Origin: an uncultured bacterium
GTDB lineage: Bacteria; Chloroflexota; UBA5177; JANWHV01
Assembly: GCA_963729625.1 (NCBI GenBank)
Contig: CAVSOU010000008.1
Coordinates: 970,106 to 1,034,105 of the forward strand
Direction: 5' to 3'
DNA length: 64,000 nucleotides
The position numbers and the translations under genes were made by a program. The notes below the pieces were generated by a model. The model was not told the DNA's origin, ran no database searches, and saw only the letters and a program-made list of their open reading frames with translations. Positions 31,276-41,987 of the stretch are shown here, in pieces; the stretch's first letter is position 1, and every line of letters begins with the position of its first letter.

Positions 31276-31545
31276 CACATCGTCCCCTCCTGTCCACGCT
31301 GGGCACGAAGCCAACAATGCACGACGTTCGTGCCGCCGGCGTGAAACCCCGCGCTTCAGCAGGAGTCTCACTGATAACCTAACGGCGGTGTTCAGGCCGC
31401 CCTCGGCAGAGGTGTCCACCTTGCGGCCGGCGGCCGGGGCCAACGAACCGCGGAGCCGGCCTGAGTCCGCGCGCAACTGGGCGACGAGGGCCGGAGCGCT
31501 GCCCAAGCCGGCTCACGGCTACGTGCGCCGGCGTCGCTCCTCCGC

Positions 31546-32511
31546 GTGGCGCCGCCAGCCCTCGACTGCCATTGCGGCCATCCGCCTAATGCCCGCCTAA
31601 TGCTCGGGTGCTATACTCGGCCCGTCACGCTGAAATGCACGAGCTTGCCAGGCCTGGTTCGGCCGCGCCGCGACTCGCCGGCCGGTGATCGACGGGCAAA
31701 TGGAGAGGGTCGGAATCCATGGCAGAAGGAAGCAGAATCAAGAATTCGCAGCGGTAGTGGACGCCAGCACGGCCCGGAAGCAGACGGACCGATCCCGTCG
31801 GTCTTCTCCATTCTCCTTGCGACACTCGCACTCGTGCTGGCAACAAGCACCGCCGGCTGCTCGATCGGAGGGGGCGGCTCCAACGGCGCCGCCGCCACGC
31901 CGACACCGCGACCGCCGACTCCCCGGCCGGCCCCCACGCGCGTCGTGGTGGCCCAGCCGGCTGTCTGGAAGGTCATTGCGCCACCCGGTCCCGGGCAGCT
32001 CCCGGTGGCGCCGCCGAAAGGCAGCTATCCGTTTGCACGAAGCTTCGGCGGCCTGCTCGTCTACGTGCCCGGCACCCTGGCGCCGGTGCCCGCCTCGTGG
32101 CAGACGTACAGCAACGTCATGCGCGGCGTCAACATGTCGTACCCGCCGCGCTGGATCCAGCAGGGGGTTGCCGGCGCGGACGGCGCGCTCTTCCTCCCGC
32201 CGCCAACGACACAATCGCGTTCACAGCCGGGCGGACCACCGGCCATCGGAGTCCTGTGGTCGGCCGGCGCGGCCGGCGCGCGCAAGGCCGTCCCGCTTCC
32301 GGCGCTTGGCGACGGCATGGTGCTTGATGGCGGCATCATCAGCGCCGGGAAGGTCAGCGGCCACCTCTACACCATCGGCGGCACACCCGGCGTGGCAGCG
32401 AGGGTCGAGGTGCCCGCGAAGGGCGGCATGGTCACGCTGTTTGTTCGCGCCGACGATCCGGCCATGCTCGACGTGTTTCGCCAGATGCTTTCTTCCTTGC
32501 GGGTGGGGTGA
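31546..32511 (+). CDS. Probable lipoprotein with PsbP-like C-terminal domain (true start unresolved, downstream of 31617)
   Basis: Hydrophobic stretch + TAGC lipobox; WQTYSN..RGVNMSYPPRW. The ORF-track start lies upstream of promoter copy 8, so it is probably wrong. Confidence 0.6.
   Translation: MAPPALDCHCGHPPNARLMLGCYTRPVTLKCTSLPGLVRPRRDSPAGDRRANGEGRNPWQKEAESRIRSGSGRQHGPEADGPIPSVFSILLATLALVLATSTAGCSIGGGGSNGAAATPTPRPPTPRPAPTRVVVAQPAVWKVIAPPGPGQLPVAPPKGSYPFARSFGGLLVYVPGTLAPVPASWQTYSNVMRGVNMSYPPRWIQQGVAGADGALFLPPPTTQSRSQPGGPPAIGVLWSAGAAGARKAVPLPALGDGMVLDGGIISAGKVSGHLYTIGGTPGVAARVEVPAKGGMVTLFVRADDPAMLDVFRQMLSSLRVG
31585..31617 (+). promoter_or_regulatory. CCTAAYG direct-repeat operator + extended -10, copy 8
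   Basis: cctaatg cccg cctaatg ctcggg tgc tatact. Confidence 0.88.
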
Positions 32512-32514
32512 GCC

Positions 32515-35079
32515 ATGCGCCACAATGCTCTGTCTTCAAGGAACCAGCGCCTCTCGACCGGCGACGCACATCTGCGTGACGCAGTCGGAGGCCTGTTCTG
32601 CTTCCCTCATGAGCGTATGTCTTCTGTGAGCAGGATTCTTCTTGCATGCGCTCGCGGCGCTTGCCGATCGGCAAGAATAGAAGAGAAGGGCTGGCGGGGA
32701 CACCCCGCGCCCCGGCGGTGGCTTGCAGCCCCCTGCACCCCTGCTTCTGGGACGATACGTGCCTTTGCAAGGGTCTGCCTCCTGGTGGCTATGTTGGTCG
32801 TCGCGGCCCCTGCGCCAAGCAGCGCCGCCGGCGAGCTCGGTCACGCCGCCGCCACGGCGACGGCCAGGCCCGCGCGGCATCCCGCCACGGCGACAGCCGG
32901 ACTCACGCGGCATCCCGCCGCGCACCAGCCGGCAGCGCACGCGCCCGCCCCGGCGAGCCCGGATTTGCTCGCGACGATTCTCGTCGTGGACGAGCATGCC
33001 CTGAATAGCGCCGCCTCCGGCGTGGCTGCCGCGACCATGATCCTCGACTACTACATTCGAACCGTGCCCGGCCGTCGAGCGTTGCCTGCTGTATCAGCCA
33101 TCGCGGTATACGTGCCTGAATGGGATTGGGCGCCGGGCCAGCCCGCCGGCGTCACTCCAGATACTCTGCGGCATGGTCTGGCCGGGGCGAGCCAGGCGGC
33201 GTCCGTGCACGCGCCCTTCCCGCTCACCACCACCTGGCATCAGACGGACAGTAGGGGTTGGTACGCGCGCCTGGGCGACGAGCTCGCCAGGCGCCACCCC
33301 GTGATCGTGCTGCTCGCGGACGGCGGCCCGCTGTGGGCAGGCGCGTGGCACGCCGCGCACTTTATCGTGGTCTCCGGACTGGACCACGGAAACGTGCTCT
33401 ACCACGATCCCTGGGATGGTCACGGGCATGCATTGCCCCGTTCGGCGTTCGCCGCCGTGTGGGGCGCTTCCCTGCTCGGCAATCAGCCGTGGTGGTATCT
33501 GTCCGCGGTGCCTGCTTCCGACGCCGTGGCCCGAGCCACGGCCGCGGCGCTGAGAACCAGCATCGCCGCCACCGCCACCGCTGCGGCCCGACCAACGGCC
33601 ACGATTGCACCCGCGAAGACGGCCCGGACCACCGGCACGGCGTCACCGGCGGTGCGGGGCAGCCGCACGCCCACCGCTTGGCGATCTGGCACGCCCACGT
33701 CGAAAGCCAAGTCCAAGGCGACTCCGACGCGGCGGCCAAAGCCTACCGCGCGACCGAAGCCGCGGCCCAGGCCAACCGCGCGGCCTACCGCGACACCCAG
33801 GCCGGGCGTACGGGTGATGTACGTGTCGGTACCGCCGCCGGTCTTCCGCGCGGCAGGTGCGAATCTTCGCGCGCAGCCCAGCACGCAGTCGCCGGTCGCC
33901 ACCATCGTGTTCGCCGGCCAGGCGGTCATGGCGCGCACGCCGCCGGTGATCGGTCCGGACGGTCAGCCGTGGTACCAGGTGACCTACAACGGCGTCACCG
34001 GCTACATCCTGGGCAGCTTGCTGACCACCACACCGCTGCCTACCGGCCCCGTGTTTGCCGAGCTTCCCGTGCCGACCGCGAACAGCGAGCCCGACCGCAT
34101 CATCGCCGGGCCGGGCGGCGATTTCTGGTTCGTGGAGATCTCCGGCCGCCAGATCGGCCGAATCAACCACGAGACCGGCTTCACCGAATATCCCGTGCCC
34201 GCCGATACGGGGTATCCGGCCGGCATCGTGGCGAGCACGGACGGTAATCTGTGGTTCACCGATCCCAAGAGCGACCACATCGACCGAATCACGTCCAGCG
34301 GTCATGTCGACGAGTACGACACTCCGTCGGATGGCGGCGATCCCCTGAGCATCGCCGTCGCGCGGGACGGATCGCTCTGGTACACATCGCCCACCAACGA
34401 CGAAATCGTGGAGCTCGGCAACGGCGGCACGAACGTCTACCCCCTGCCCTACCCGAAGAGCAACCCGCAGCATATCACGCTCGGGCCGGACGGTAACCTG
34501 TGGTTCACGGAGACCGAACACAACGCGATCGGTGAGATCACGCCAGGCGGGCAGATCAGCGAATACAACATCCCCAATCCCGAGAGCGGGCCGTGGGACA
34601 TTACCGCCGGGCCGGACGGCAACCTGTGGTTCACCTGCGGCGGATCCAATCAGATCGGGCGCATCTCGACCGGCGGCGACATCGTCATGTTCCTCATACC
34701 GACACTCGCCAGCAACGTGAGCAGGATCACCGCGGGGCCGGACGGAAACCTCTGGTTCACCGAGGCCGACGGCAACAAAATCGGCCGCATCACCCTGGAC
34801 GGGCAGATTACCGAGTGGCCGGTGCCGACCCCGAAGAGCAACCCCGGCGGCATCGTGGTGGACCAGGACGGCACGGTGTGGTTCACCGAGCAGGACGCGA
34901 ATCAGATCGGGCAGTTGTATTTCCGCCAGCCTGCCCCGGTGCCGGAGCTTCCCACTGCCACCGCGGCGCCGAACCCAACGAACACGCCTGAGGGACCGGG
35001 TCCGCGCGACATCGCCACGGCGACGGCGATGCCGGGAACTCCGACAGCAACACCGGGCGGGGGCCCGAGTCGAAGGTAA
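32515..35079 (+). CDS. Secreted C39-like domain (Cys to Ser) + SH3b + Vgb-like beta-propeller protein
   Basis: ASGVAAATMILDYY...HFIVVSG...YHDPW; ANLRAQPS...WYQVTYNGVTGYI; repeated ITAGPDGNLWFTE. The true start is probably later than 32515. Confidence 0.82.
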   Translation: MRHNALSSRNQRLSTGDAHLRDAVGGLFCFPHERMSSVSRILLACARGACRSARIEEKGWRGHPAPRRWLAAPCTPASGTIRAFARVCLLVAMLVVAAPAPSSAAGELGHAAATATARPARHPATATAGLTRHPAAHQPAAHAPAPASPDLLATILVVDEHALNSAASGVAAATMILDYYIRTVPGRRALPAVSAIAVYVPEWDWAPGQPAGVTPDTLRHGLAGASQAASVHAPFPLTTTWHQTDSRGWYARLGDELARRHPVIVLLADGGPLWAGAWHAAHFIVVSGLDHGNVLYHDPWDGHGHALPRSAFAAVWGASLLGNQPWWYLSAVPASDAVARATAAALRTSIAATATAAARPTATIAPAKTARTTGTASPAVRGSRTPTAWRSGTPTSKAKSKATPTRRPKPTARPKPRPRPTARPTATPRPGVRVMYVSVPPPVFRAAGANLRAQPSTQSPVATIVFAGQAVMARTPPVIGPDGQPWYQVTYNGVTGYILGSLLTTTPLPTGPVFAELPVPTANSEPDRIIAGPGGDFWFVEISGRQIGRINHETGFTEYPVPADTGYPAGIVASTDGNLWFTDPKSDHIDRITSSGHVDEYDTPSDGGDPLSIAVARDGSLWYTSPTNDEIVELGNGGTNVYPLPYPKSNPQHITLGPDGNLWFTETEHNAIGEITPGGQISEYNIPNPESGPWDITAGPDGNLWFTCGGSNQIGRISTGGDIVMFLIPTLASNVSRITAGPDGNLWFTEADGNKIGRITLDGQITEWPVPTPKSNPGGIVVDQDGTVWFTEQDANQIGQLYFRQPAPVPELPTATAAPNPTNTPEGPGPRDIATATAMPGTPTATPGGGPSRR

Positions 35080-35109
35080 GCAGAGAGCATCTGTAGTGGA
35101 GGCAGGGCT

Positions 35110-37107
35110 GTGAAAAGGGCAAAGCATCCGGTTCGGTGGACCATGGGCGCGGGTACGGCGTGCCTCCTCGCCCTGCAGATCGCGACGGCTTCCACGGCGA
35201 TCGTGGGGTTATCGGGCTGCGGGCCAGATCCCACGTCGACCGCCACACCGAATACTCAGGCTACCGTTGCAGCCGCCGTGGTCATCGGCCAGGCTACAAT
35301 CAAGGCGAAGCTGGCCGACGCCGAGGCGACGATGACGGCCATGGCCACTGAGCTCAGCACGGCGACTGCCACGATCACGCTGACGCCGATTCCCACGCCG
35401 GCGCCGATAAGCACTTATCCCTCGGCGCCCACCGTGCAGCCGACGTCCACGAGCGTGATCGCGCCAACGCAACCTGCTGCCGTCGAGCCGCCGCCCGCCG
35501 GTTCGTGGCTGATCACCACGCACGCCGTCTCGGTCAAGCCCGCGCCGATCAAGAACTGGACGGACTTGAGCTATCGGCTGGTGTTCGCGAACGCGGGCGA
35601 TAAGCTCCTCGACCTCAACGACCTCCTTGCGGTAGGGAAGCTCAAGGCCGTGTGGCGTGGTCACACACCCTACGTGGGACAGATACACATGCCGGCCATC
35701 GCCCTGCCGCCGGGCTACCGTGCGCTGGGCTCCGGCCAGGTGCGCGTGCCGACCAACGCGCTCAAGCGCGGTCTCCTGTCCTTCAGCGTGGTCACACCCG
35801 CCGGCGAGGAGCGCGTGCCGTATGCCGCGAGCTACCCGCCGATTCCTGCCATGCCCACGGATCTTCGCGATCAGCCGGTGCTCGGCGACACGGTCAGCCT
35901 CGACAATATCGCCGACATCACGGTCACCGGCCAGGCAGTCGGCGGGTTCTACAGCTTCGCCAACGTGAGCAGCAATTGGGCGCTGAACGTGCGCTGGACC
36001 AACGAGGGGAGCGAGAACTCGACGCTCAAGCCAACCATACGCGTCATGGAGGGCGATCACATCTACAATGCAGCGGTGCAGAGCGACAGTCCGGCGCCGC
36101 TCGTCGAGGGCCACGCGATACTGCACGTGCCAATGCTCTCCAAGGGCGACCACTTCCTGGTCATTTCCGATACGGCCAGCGGCGAGTATGGGCTGTTCCG
36201 CATCAAGCCGAGCGTGCCGGCGGAGACGTGGCAGGCGACACCTCGACAGCTCGGGACAGGAGACGACATCTGGGCGGGCACGTTCACCAGCCCGAGCCAG
36301 GGCTGGCTCGCCGGCGCCGGCGGCCTCATTCTGCACACCAAGAACGGCGGCGCCACATGGAGCCCGCAGGACAGCACGACACAGGCAGACCTCTATGGCA
36401 TGCAGTTCACCGGCCCGCTCACGGGATGGGCGGTCGGCAAAGGCGGCACGATGCTGTTCACGCCGGACGGCGGCAAGCAGTGGGCCGGCGCATCGACGGG
36501 CGTCGACAAGTTTCTCGCCGGCGTGGCGTTCGTCGACGCGAGTCACGGCTGGGTGGTCGGCGACGGCGGCACGGTCTTGCGAACCACCGATGGCGGCGAC
36601 ACAATCACCACGAAGTTTGGACAAGGCGCCAAATTCCTCACCGACCAGCCTCTGGTCGGAGTGGCCTATCCCGATGCAAACGACGCATGGGCCATCGGCG
36701 GCAACGGCACCATCGTGCACACCGGCAACGGCGGCATCACCTGGTCAAGTGAGAGCAGCGGTACCCCGAATGACCTCAATGCCCTCAGCTTTGTGGACGC
36801 GAAGCATGGCTGGGTCGTCGGGAAGGGCGGCACAATCCTGTCCACCAAAGACGGCGGCGCCACGTGGACGCCGCATCCGGGCATAGCCGGCCAGGACCTC
36901 AACGGCGTGCGATTCCAGGACGCGAAGCACGGCTGGATCGAGGGGAACGCCGGGCTCCTCCTGCATACCGTGGACGGCGGCAGGACCTGGACCGCGCTCG
37001 CCACGAACACTTCGTCGTACCTGATCGGCATGACGTTCGCCAGCTCAAGGCACGCATTCGTGGTCGGCCAGGCCGGCACGGTCATTCAGCTCGTCAGGCT
37101 GGCATAG
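35110..37107 (+). CDS. Lipoprotein with Ycf48/BNR beta-propeller
   Basis: LSGC lipobox; FVDAxHGWVVG...TxDGGxTW repeats. Confidence 0.85.
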   Translation: MKRAKHPVRWTMGAGTACLLALQIATASTAIVGLSGCGPDPTSTATPNTQATVAAAVVIGQATIKAKLADAEATMTAMATELSTATATITLTPIPTPAPISTYPSAPTVQPTSTSVIAPTQPAAVEPPPAGSWLITTHAVSVKPAPIKNWTDLSYRLVFANAGDKLLDLNDLLAVGKLKAVWRGHTPYVGQIHMPAIALPPGYRALGSGQVRVPTNALKRGLLSFSVVTPAGEERVPYAASYPPIPAMPTDLRDQPVLGDTVSLDNIADITVTGQAVGGFYSFANVSSNWALNVRWTNEGSENSTLKPTIRVMEGDHIYNAAVQSDSPAPLVEGHAILHVPMLSKGDHFLVISDTASGEYGLFRIKPSVPAETWQATPRQLGTGDDIWAGTFTSPSQGWLAGAGGLILHTKNGGATWSPQDSTTQADLYGMQFTGPLTGWAVGKGGTMLFTPDGGKQWAGASTGVDKFLAGVAFVDASHGWVVGDGGTVLRTTDGGDTITTKFGQGAKFLTDQPLVGVAYPDANDAWAIGGNGTIVHTGNGGITWSSESSGTPNDLNALSFVDAKHGWVVGKGGTILSTKDGGATWTPHPGIAGQDLNGVRFQDAKHGWIEGNAGLLLHTVDGGRTWTALATNTSSYLIGMTFASSRHAFVVGQAGTVIQLVRLA

Positions 37108-37185
37108 AGCAGTTGAGATGCGGGGCCGGCGCCACGCTATACTGGACGTGTCAGCTAGCCGATTCGCCGGTCAGGGAGGTACCAG

Positions 37186-37758
37186 ATGGTCGCGCAGCGC
37201 ATTGAGAAGCGACCACACCACCGTTTCGCGTTTGATGAGTATCTGGCGATGGCGGAGCACGGTCTGCTCGCGCCGGAAGAACGCGTAGAGCTGATTGACG
37301 GAGAGATCCTCGACATGAGTCCGACAGGCTGGAAGCATGACTATGTGGTGCGCCAGCTCACGACTGTGCTAAGCGCTGCCGTACCCCCGCGCGCGGCGGT
37401 AAGCCCGGCGCAGACAATGCACCTCTCGCCGAACGACGCTCCGGAGCCGGATTTTGTGATCCTTCGGCGCGAAGCGTTGGCGCTGCGACGCCACCTGCGG
37501 GCCGATGACGTGTTCGTGCTCATCGAAGTTGCCGACACGTCACTCAGCTCGGATCTCCGCGTCAAGGTGCCACTGTATGCCCGCCTCGGCATCCCGGAGA
37601 CCTGGGTTGTCGACGCGAGCCACGATCGTGTCTTGCTGTACGGAAACGCCGAGCACGGAGTCTACACGGCCGAGCGCACTATCGATCGCGGCGTACGTCT
37701 GGTGTCTTTGGTGCTGCCAGAGCTGTCCCTTGCGGTGAGCGATCTGTTTCCAGACTAG
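37186..37758 (+). CDS. Uma2 (DUF820) family endonuclease-like protein
   Basis: RVELIDGEI, PEPDF, LIEVADTSL..D..VK..LYAR.GIPE.WVVD. Confidence 0.9.
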   Translation: MVAQRIEKRPHHRFAFDEYLAMAEHGLLAPEERVELIDGEILDMSPTGWKHDYVVRQLTTVLSAAVPPRAAVSPAQTMHLSPNDAPEPDFVILRREALALRRHLRADDVFVLIEVADTSLSSDLRVKVPLYARLGIPETWVVDASHDRVLLYGNAEHGVYTAERTIDRGVRLVSLVLPELSLAVSDLFPD

Positions 37759-37815
37759 ATTGTCATCGTCCGCGGACCACCACCGCGGATGAAACGCTAC
37801 CCAGCTCTGTCACCA

Positions 37816-38628
37816 TCAAGCGCCGGGCGCGGAGTCCCGTGAAATCTGACGGCCACAGCCGACGCAGAAGCTGGCGTCGGGGGCGATGGGCTCGCCGCAA
37901 GCTCCACAGCGCGGCGCGGCCGCCGCCTCCGCCGGGCCCGGCTGCTCGTCCAGCGCGGCGTCCGCGGGCGCATCGCGACTGGCGGTCAGCTGTTCGGACG
38001 CCGGCTCACCGCAGATTGGTGGCGGCGGGAAAGCGACAAGCACGGTGGGCGGCCCCGCGGCAGGCTCGGATCCGTGCGTCTCGGCTATGCCCGGCGCTGA
38101 AGCCGGCACACGCGCCGGAGGTGATTGGGGCACACCGGCGAGCGGTTGCCCACAATGCAGACAGTACCGCATGTCGCCCGGGCTCACCGTGCCGCACGCG
38201 GAGCAGATCAGACCCGTCGGCGTTGCACGCGGCACGATGGGCGGTGCGGCCGATTCCGCCGTGGCAGGCCTGCCGCAGCGGCGACAGAAGCGCGCTTCCA
38301 GCGGGATGACCGCTCCGCAGAACGCACACTTTGGCAGTGGCTGGGCTTCCACGAATTGCTCGGTCTGTATCGCCCGAATGTCGGCCTGCAACCGCGTGAC
38401 CTCTGCCTTGAGCTGGTTCATGCTCTCGCAGAGAGCCGTGACCTGCGGATGCGTGATCTCGCCACGGCCGGCGAGGTCGTAGGTCAGATACCCGAGCCGC
38501 GCCACACTCGCGCTCAACTGTTCCTGGGTGGAGGCGATGCGTGCCTGCGCACGATTCAAGCGCACGACGCGTTCCGCTTCGAAGCGGGCCCGTGCAGCCC
38601 GCCGCTTTACCTCGTCGACAAGCGCCAT
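37816..38628 (-). CDS. Coiled-coil + triple zinc-ribbon protein
   Basis: ATG 38628 after GGAGGG; N-terminal coiled coil; three CxxC-x10-CxxC ribbons. Confidence 0.8.
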   Translation of the reverse strand: MALVDEVKRRAARARFEAERVVRLNRAQARIASTQEQLSASVARLGYLTYDLAGRGEITHPQVTALCESMNQLKAEVTRLQADIRAIQTEQFVEAQPLPKCAFCGAVIPLEARFCRRCGRPATAESAAPPIVPRATPTGLICSACGTVSPGDMRYCLHCGQPLAGVPQSPPARVPASAPGIAETHGSEPAAGPPTVLVAFPPPPICGEPASEQLTASRDAPADAALDEQPGPAEAAAAPRCGACGEPIAPDASFCVGCGRQISRDSAPGA

Positions 38629-39356
38629 GCGAACCCTCCAGAGAAATTCCCGGCTCTCGGGAACCTTCGCGGATCGGCACTGAGTAGGCAGCTGACGCGA
38701 TTCTCGTGCCGGCTGGCCAACAGGCGGGGTCAACGCGTCGGAGCTGCCACGCCGTACACCTCCCGCACCCGGTTGTTCAGGGTATCCGCGATGTAGAGGT
38801 TGCCCTTCCCATCGACCGCCACGCCCTCCGGAAGGCTCAGCGCCGCGCGTGTGGCCGGTCCGCCGTCGCCAGTGTGGCCAATTTGCCCGTTGCCCGCAAC
38901 GGTGGCGATCACTCCGCTGCCTACGTGCACCTCTCGCACGCGGTTGTTGCCACTGTCTGCAATGAACAGGTTGCCTGAGTCGTCCACCGCCACAGCGGAT
39001 GGCGAGTTCAGCCCAACCTGCGTGGCCGGCCCGCCGTCGCCGCCAAACTCTGCCAGCCCACGACCGGCCACGGTAGTGATAATGCCGCTCCCAGCGTGCA
39101 CCTCCCGCACCCGATTGTCCAAGGCATCAGCCACGTAGAGGTTGCCCGCGTTGTCCACGGCAACACCGGTTGGAAGGCTTAACTTCGCCTGGTTGGCCGG
39201 CCCGCCATCCCCACCATAACCCTCCTGCCCGTCACCTGCTACCGTGGTGATGATGCCGCGACCCACGTGCACCTCGCGCACCCGGCCGTTTGGACCTGCC
39301 CCGATTTGGTGGAGACCTGAACGCTTGGTACGTAGTCAAGTGGAGGTTCCATCATC

Positions 39357-39659
39357 GTGCCCAAGAGTCATCCCCCCTATCCACCCGAGTTCCGCGCTGA
39401 GGCCATCCGGCTGGTCCGCAACAGCGGCAGGCCGGCGGCGGAGATCGCCCGCCGGCTGGAGGTCTCGACCGAGACGCTGCGCCTGTGGGTGCGGCAAGCC
39501 GATATTGACGAAGGTCGTCGGCACGACGGCCTGACCACGCAGGAGACGGAGGAAGTGCGCCAGTTGCGGCGGGAGAACCGCATCCTGCGGGAAGAGCGGG
39601 AGATCCTGCTAAAAGCCGCGGCCTTTTTCGCCCAGGAGACCGGGATACCCCGGCGGTGA
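39357..39659 (+). CDS. IS3 transposase OrfA
   Basis: YPPEFRAEAIRLV HTH; LRRENRILREEREILLKAAAFFA. Confidence 0.92.
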   Translation: MPKSHPPYPPEFRAEAIRLVRNSGRPAAEIARRLEVSTETLRLWVRQADIDEGRRHDGLTTQETEEVRQLRRENRILREEREILLKAAAFFAQETGIPRR

Positions 39660-40525
39660 CGTATGCGTTCATCGCGCGCGAGAAGGCCTATGCGATTGCC
39701 GTGCTCTGTCGCGTGCTGGGCGTCTCCCCCAGCGGCTACTATGCATGGCGGACCCGAGGTCCCTCGGCCCGGGCGGGGGCGAACGCAGCGCTGCTGGCCC
39801 GCATCCGCGCTGCGCACGAGGAGAGTCGGCGGACCTATGGGGCACCACGGATTCATGCTGACCTGGGCGCTGCCGGAGTGCGCTGCGGTCGCAAGCGCGT
39901 GGCCGGGTTGATGCGACAGGCCGGGCTGGTAGGCTGCCATCGCCGGAAGTTCGTGACGACCACCAGGCGTGCGGCGACGGCCAGAGCAGCGCCCGACCGG
40001 GTGCAGCGGCAGTTCGTGGCCACGGTGCCCGATAGCCTCTGGACAGCGGATATCACGGCCGTCGCCACCTGGGAGGGCTTCTTGTACCTGGCCGTGGTCC
40101 TGGATGTCTATAGCCGACGCATCGTGGGCTGGGCCATGGCCGACCATCTGCGCACGGAGCTGGTGCTCGATGCCCTCACGATGGCCCTCAGGAACCGCCA
40201 TCCTGCCGCCGGGGTGATCCATCACTCCGATCATGGCAGCCAGTACACCTCTGTGGCTTTCGGCGAACGCTGTCAGTTGGCCGGTGTCCTGCCCTCCTTG
40301 GGCTCGGTCGGAGACTGCTATGACAACGCGATCACCGAAAGCTTCTTCGCCACCTTGGAGTGCGAGCTGCTGGCGCGGCAGCGCTTCCCCAGCCTGGCCA
40401 GTGCCCGCCTGGCTGTCTTCGAGTTCATCGAGGGCTTCTATAACACGCACCGCCGGCACTCCGCTCTCGGCTACCAGAGCCCCGCTGCCTACGAACGGAG
40501 GGCCCACACATGCGCCGCGGCCTGA
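39656..40525 (+). CDS. IS3 transposase OrfB (rve DDE)
   Basis: WTADIT, HHSDHGSQY, DNAITESFFATLECE. Confidence 0.92.
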   Translation: MTYAFIAREKAYAIAVLCRVLGVSPSGYYAWRTRGPSARAGANAALLARIRAAHEESRRTYGAPRIHADLGAAGVRCGRKRVAGLMRQAGLVGCHRRKFVTTTRRAATARAAPDRVQRQFVATVPDSLWTADITAVATWEGFLYLAVVLDVYSRRIVGWAMADHLRTELVLDALTMALRNRHPAAGVIHHSDHGSQYTSVAFGERCQLAGVLPSLGSVGDCYDNAITESFFATLECELLARQRFPSLASARLAVFEFIEGFYNTHRRHSALGYQSPAAYERRAHTCAAA

Positions 40526-41560
40526 GCAGCTCCGCCCTGCCTCCATCATCGGCACCCACCGGCCGCCGTCTCCTCCCCGTGCCCGGCGAGAGCGGCGCCG
40601 TCGTGCAGGGAGCGGGGTTGACCCGCCGGCGGGGTCCCCATGCGAGGCTGCAGGGCAGCGCGGGGGGTCCTGCTCGTCCATCACCGTCTACCCCCGCGCC
40701 GCACCGACGCCGCAGCATCGGGTGCCGGCAGGGTCACACCCCCGACCGGAACAGGCGGAGCGGCCCTCCCTCGCAGGTTCTCCCACGCGGCAGACAAAGG
40801 AGGTATCTTCATCCCAGCGACGCTATCCGATCACCCAGTCCGTATCTCTCCACTCAATCGGGGCAACTCCAGTTGCCCTCGTCCGCGATGAAGAGATTAC
40901 CCGCGCTATCAACCGCTACATCACGTGGGTAACTTAGCTCCGCCTGGGCAGCCGGCCCGCCTTCTCCGCTGTAGCCGCCCTGCGGGTTACCCGCGACTGT
41001 AGTGATGGTCCCGCTGCGCGTGTGCACCGCTTGTACCCGATGATTCCAGAGGTCAGCAATATAGAGGTTTCCCGCCCTGTCCACTGCCACGCCGGCCGGC
41101 CCGTTCAACTCCGCCTGCGTGGCCGGGCCTCCGTCGCCAGGGTAGCCCCACCACAAAGCGCCCGCGACCCTGGTAATGGCGCCAGTTCCGGCATGCACCT
41201 CTCGGACCCAGCTGTCATCGGCGTCCGCGATGAAGACATTGCCCGCAGCGTCCACAGTTAGGCCTTCAGGTAAGTATAGCTCGGCCTGTGTGGCCGGTCC
41301 GCCGTCGCCACGATATCCACGCCGTCCATCCCCGGCTACGGTGGCGATGATGCCGTTCCCCCCGCGCACCTCTTGCACGCGCCCAGCGCCGACCACACCG
41401 TCCGCTATATATAGATTGCCTCCACGGTCCACCGCCACGCCACTGGGGTAGCTCAGCTGCGCCAGGGCGGCTGGCCCTCCGTCGCCGCCAAAGCCGTCCT
41501 GCCCATTGCCCGCGACAGTGGTGATAGCGCCGCTGCCTGCGTAGACCTCCCGCACCCGGT

Positions 41561-41987
41561 CGTTGCCAGGAGCGGCGCCACCTCTTTCAGCAGCTTCGGC
41601 TTGGCCAGCACATTGGCGATATCGGCGCACAGGCCGGGGATCGCGGCCGCCTTGTCCGGCAGGCTGTTGGCGGCCAGGATCTTCTCGATGTCCCCGATGG
41701 GTGCGCTGTAGTCCGTTGATCCTGCCAGCTCTGCCGCCACGGCGACGAGGTCGGGCGAGGCATTCAGCACCGCAACGGGATCGACGTCCAGGCCCAGATA
41801 GATTTCGACCAGGTCGATGCCCATCACCAGCTCGTCCAGCGCCACCGCGCGCGAGGTGGTCGGATTCAGCTGCAGCAGCACCGACTGGCTGGATCCGGCG
41901 AGCGAGAGCTGCACCGTCTGCTTGGGGCCGAGCAGCCCTTGCTGCCAGAGGAGCGCCGTTGACGCGACGGCGGACTTCGCTGGATCG
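41561..41987. repeat. 427-bp near-identical duplicate of 44866..45292
   Basis: Constant offset of 3305 bp; only a few substitutions seen. Confidence 0.9.

Larger units (their letters stand above)
39291..40871 (+). mobile_element. IS3-family insertion sequence, 1581 bp
   Basis: IRs TGGACCTGCCCCGATTTGGTGGAGA / TGGAGTTGCCCCGATTGAGTGGAGA; 3-bp target duplication GTT (39288-90, 40872-74). Confidence 0.95.
38730..41987 (-). pseudogene. NHL-repeat protein paralog, interrupted by IS3 and frameshifted at its junction with a duplicated segment
   Basis: NHL repeats either side of IS3 rejoin as ADEGN-GRVREVH; the 5' part duplicates 44866..45292 but is out of frame with the repeats. Confidence 0.8.

Noticed and set aside
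31378-31384. Single cctaacg heptamer
   Set aside because: No second repeat and no -10 at the expected spacing.
37113-37143. ttgaga-N19-tatact before the Uma2 gene as a regulon promoter
   Set aside because: It has no CCTAAYG repeats; at most an ordinary sigma70-type promoter with a long spacer.
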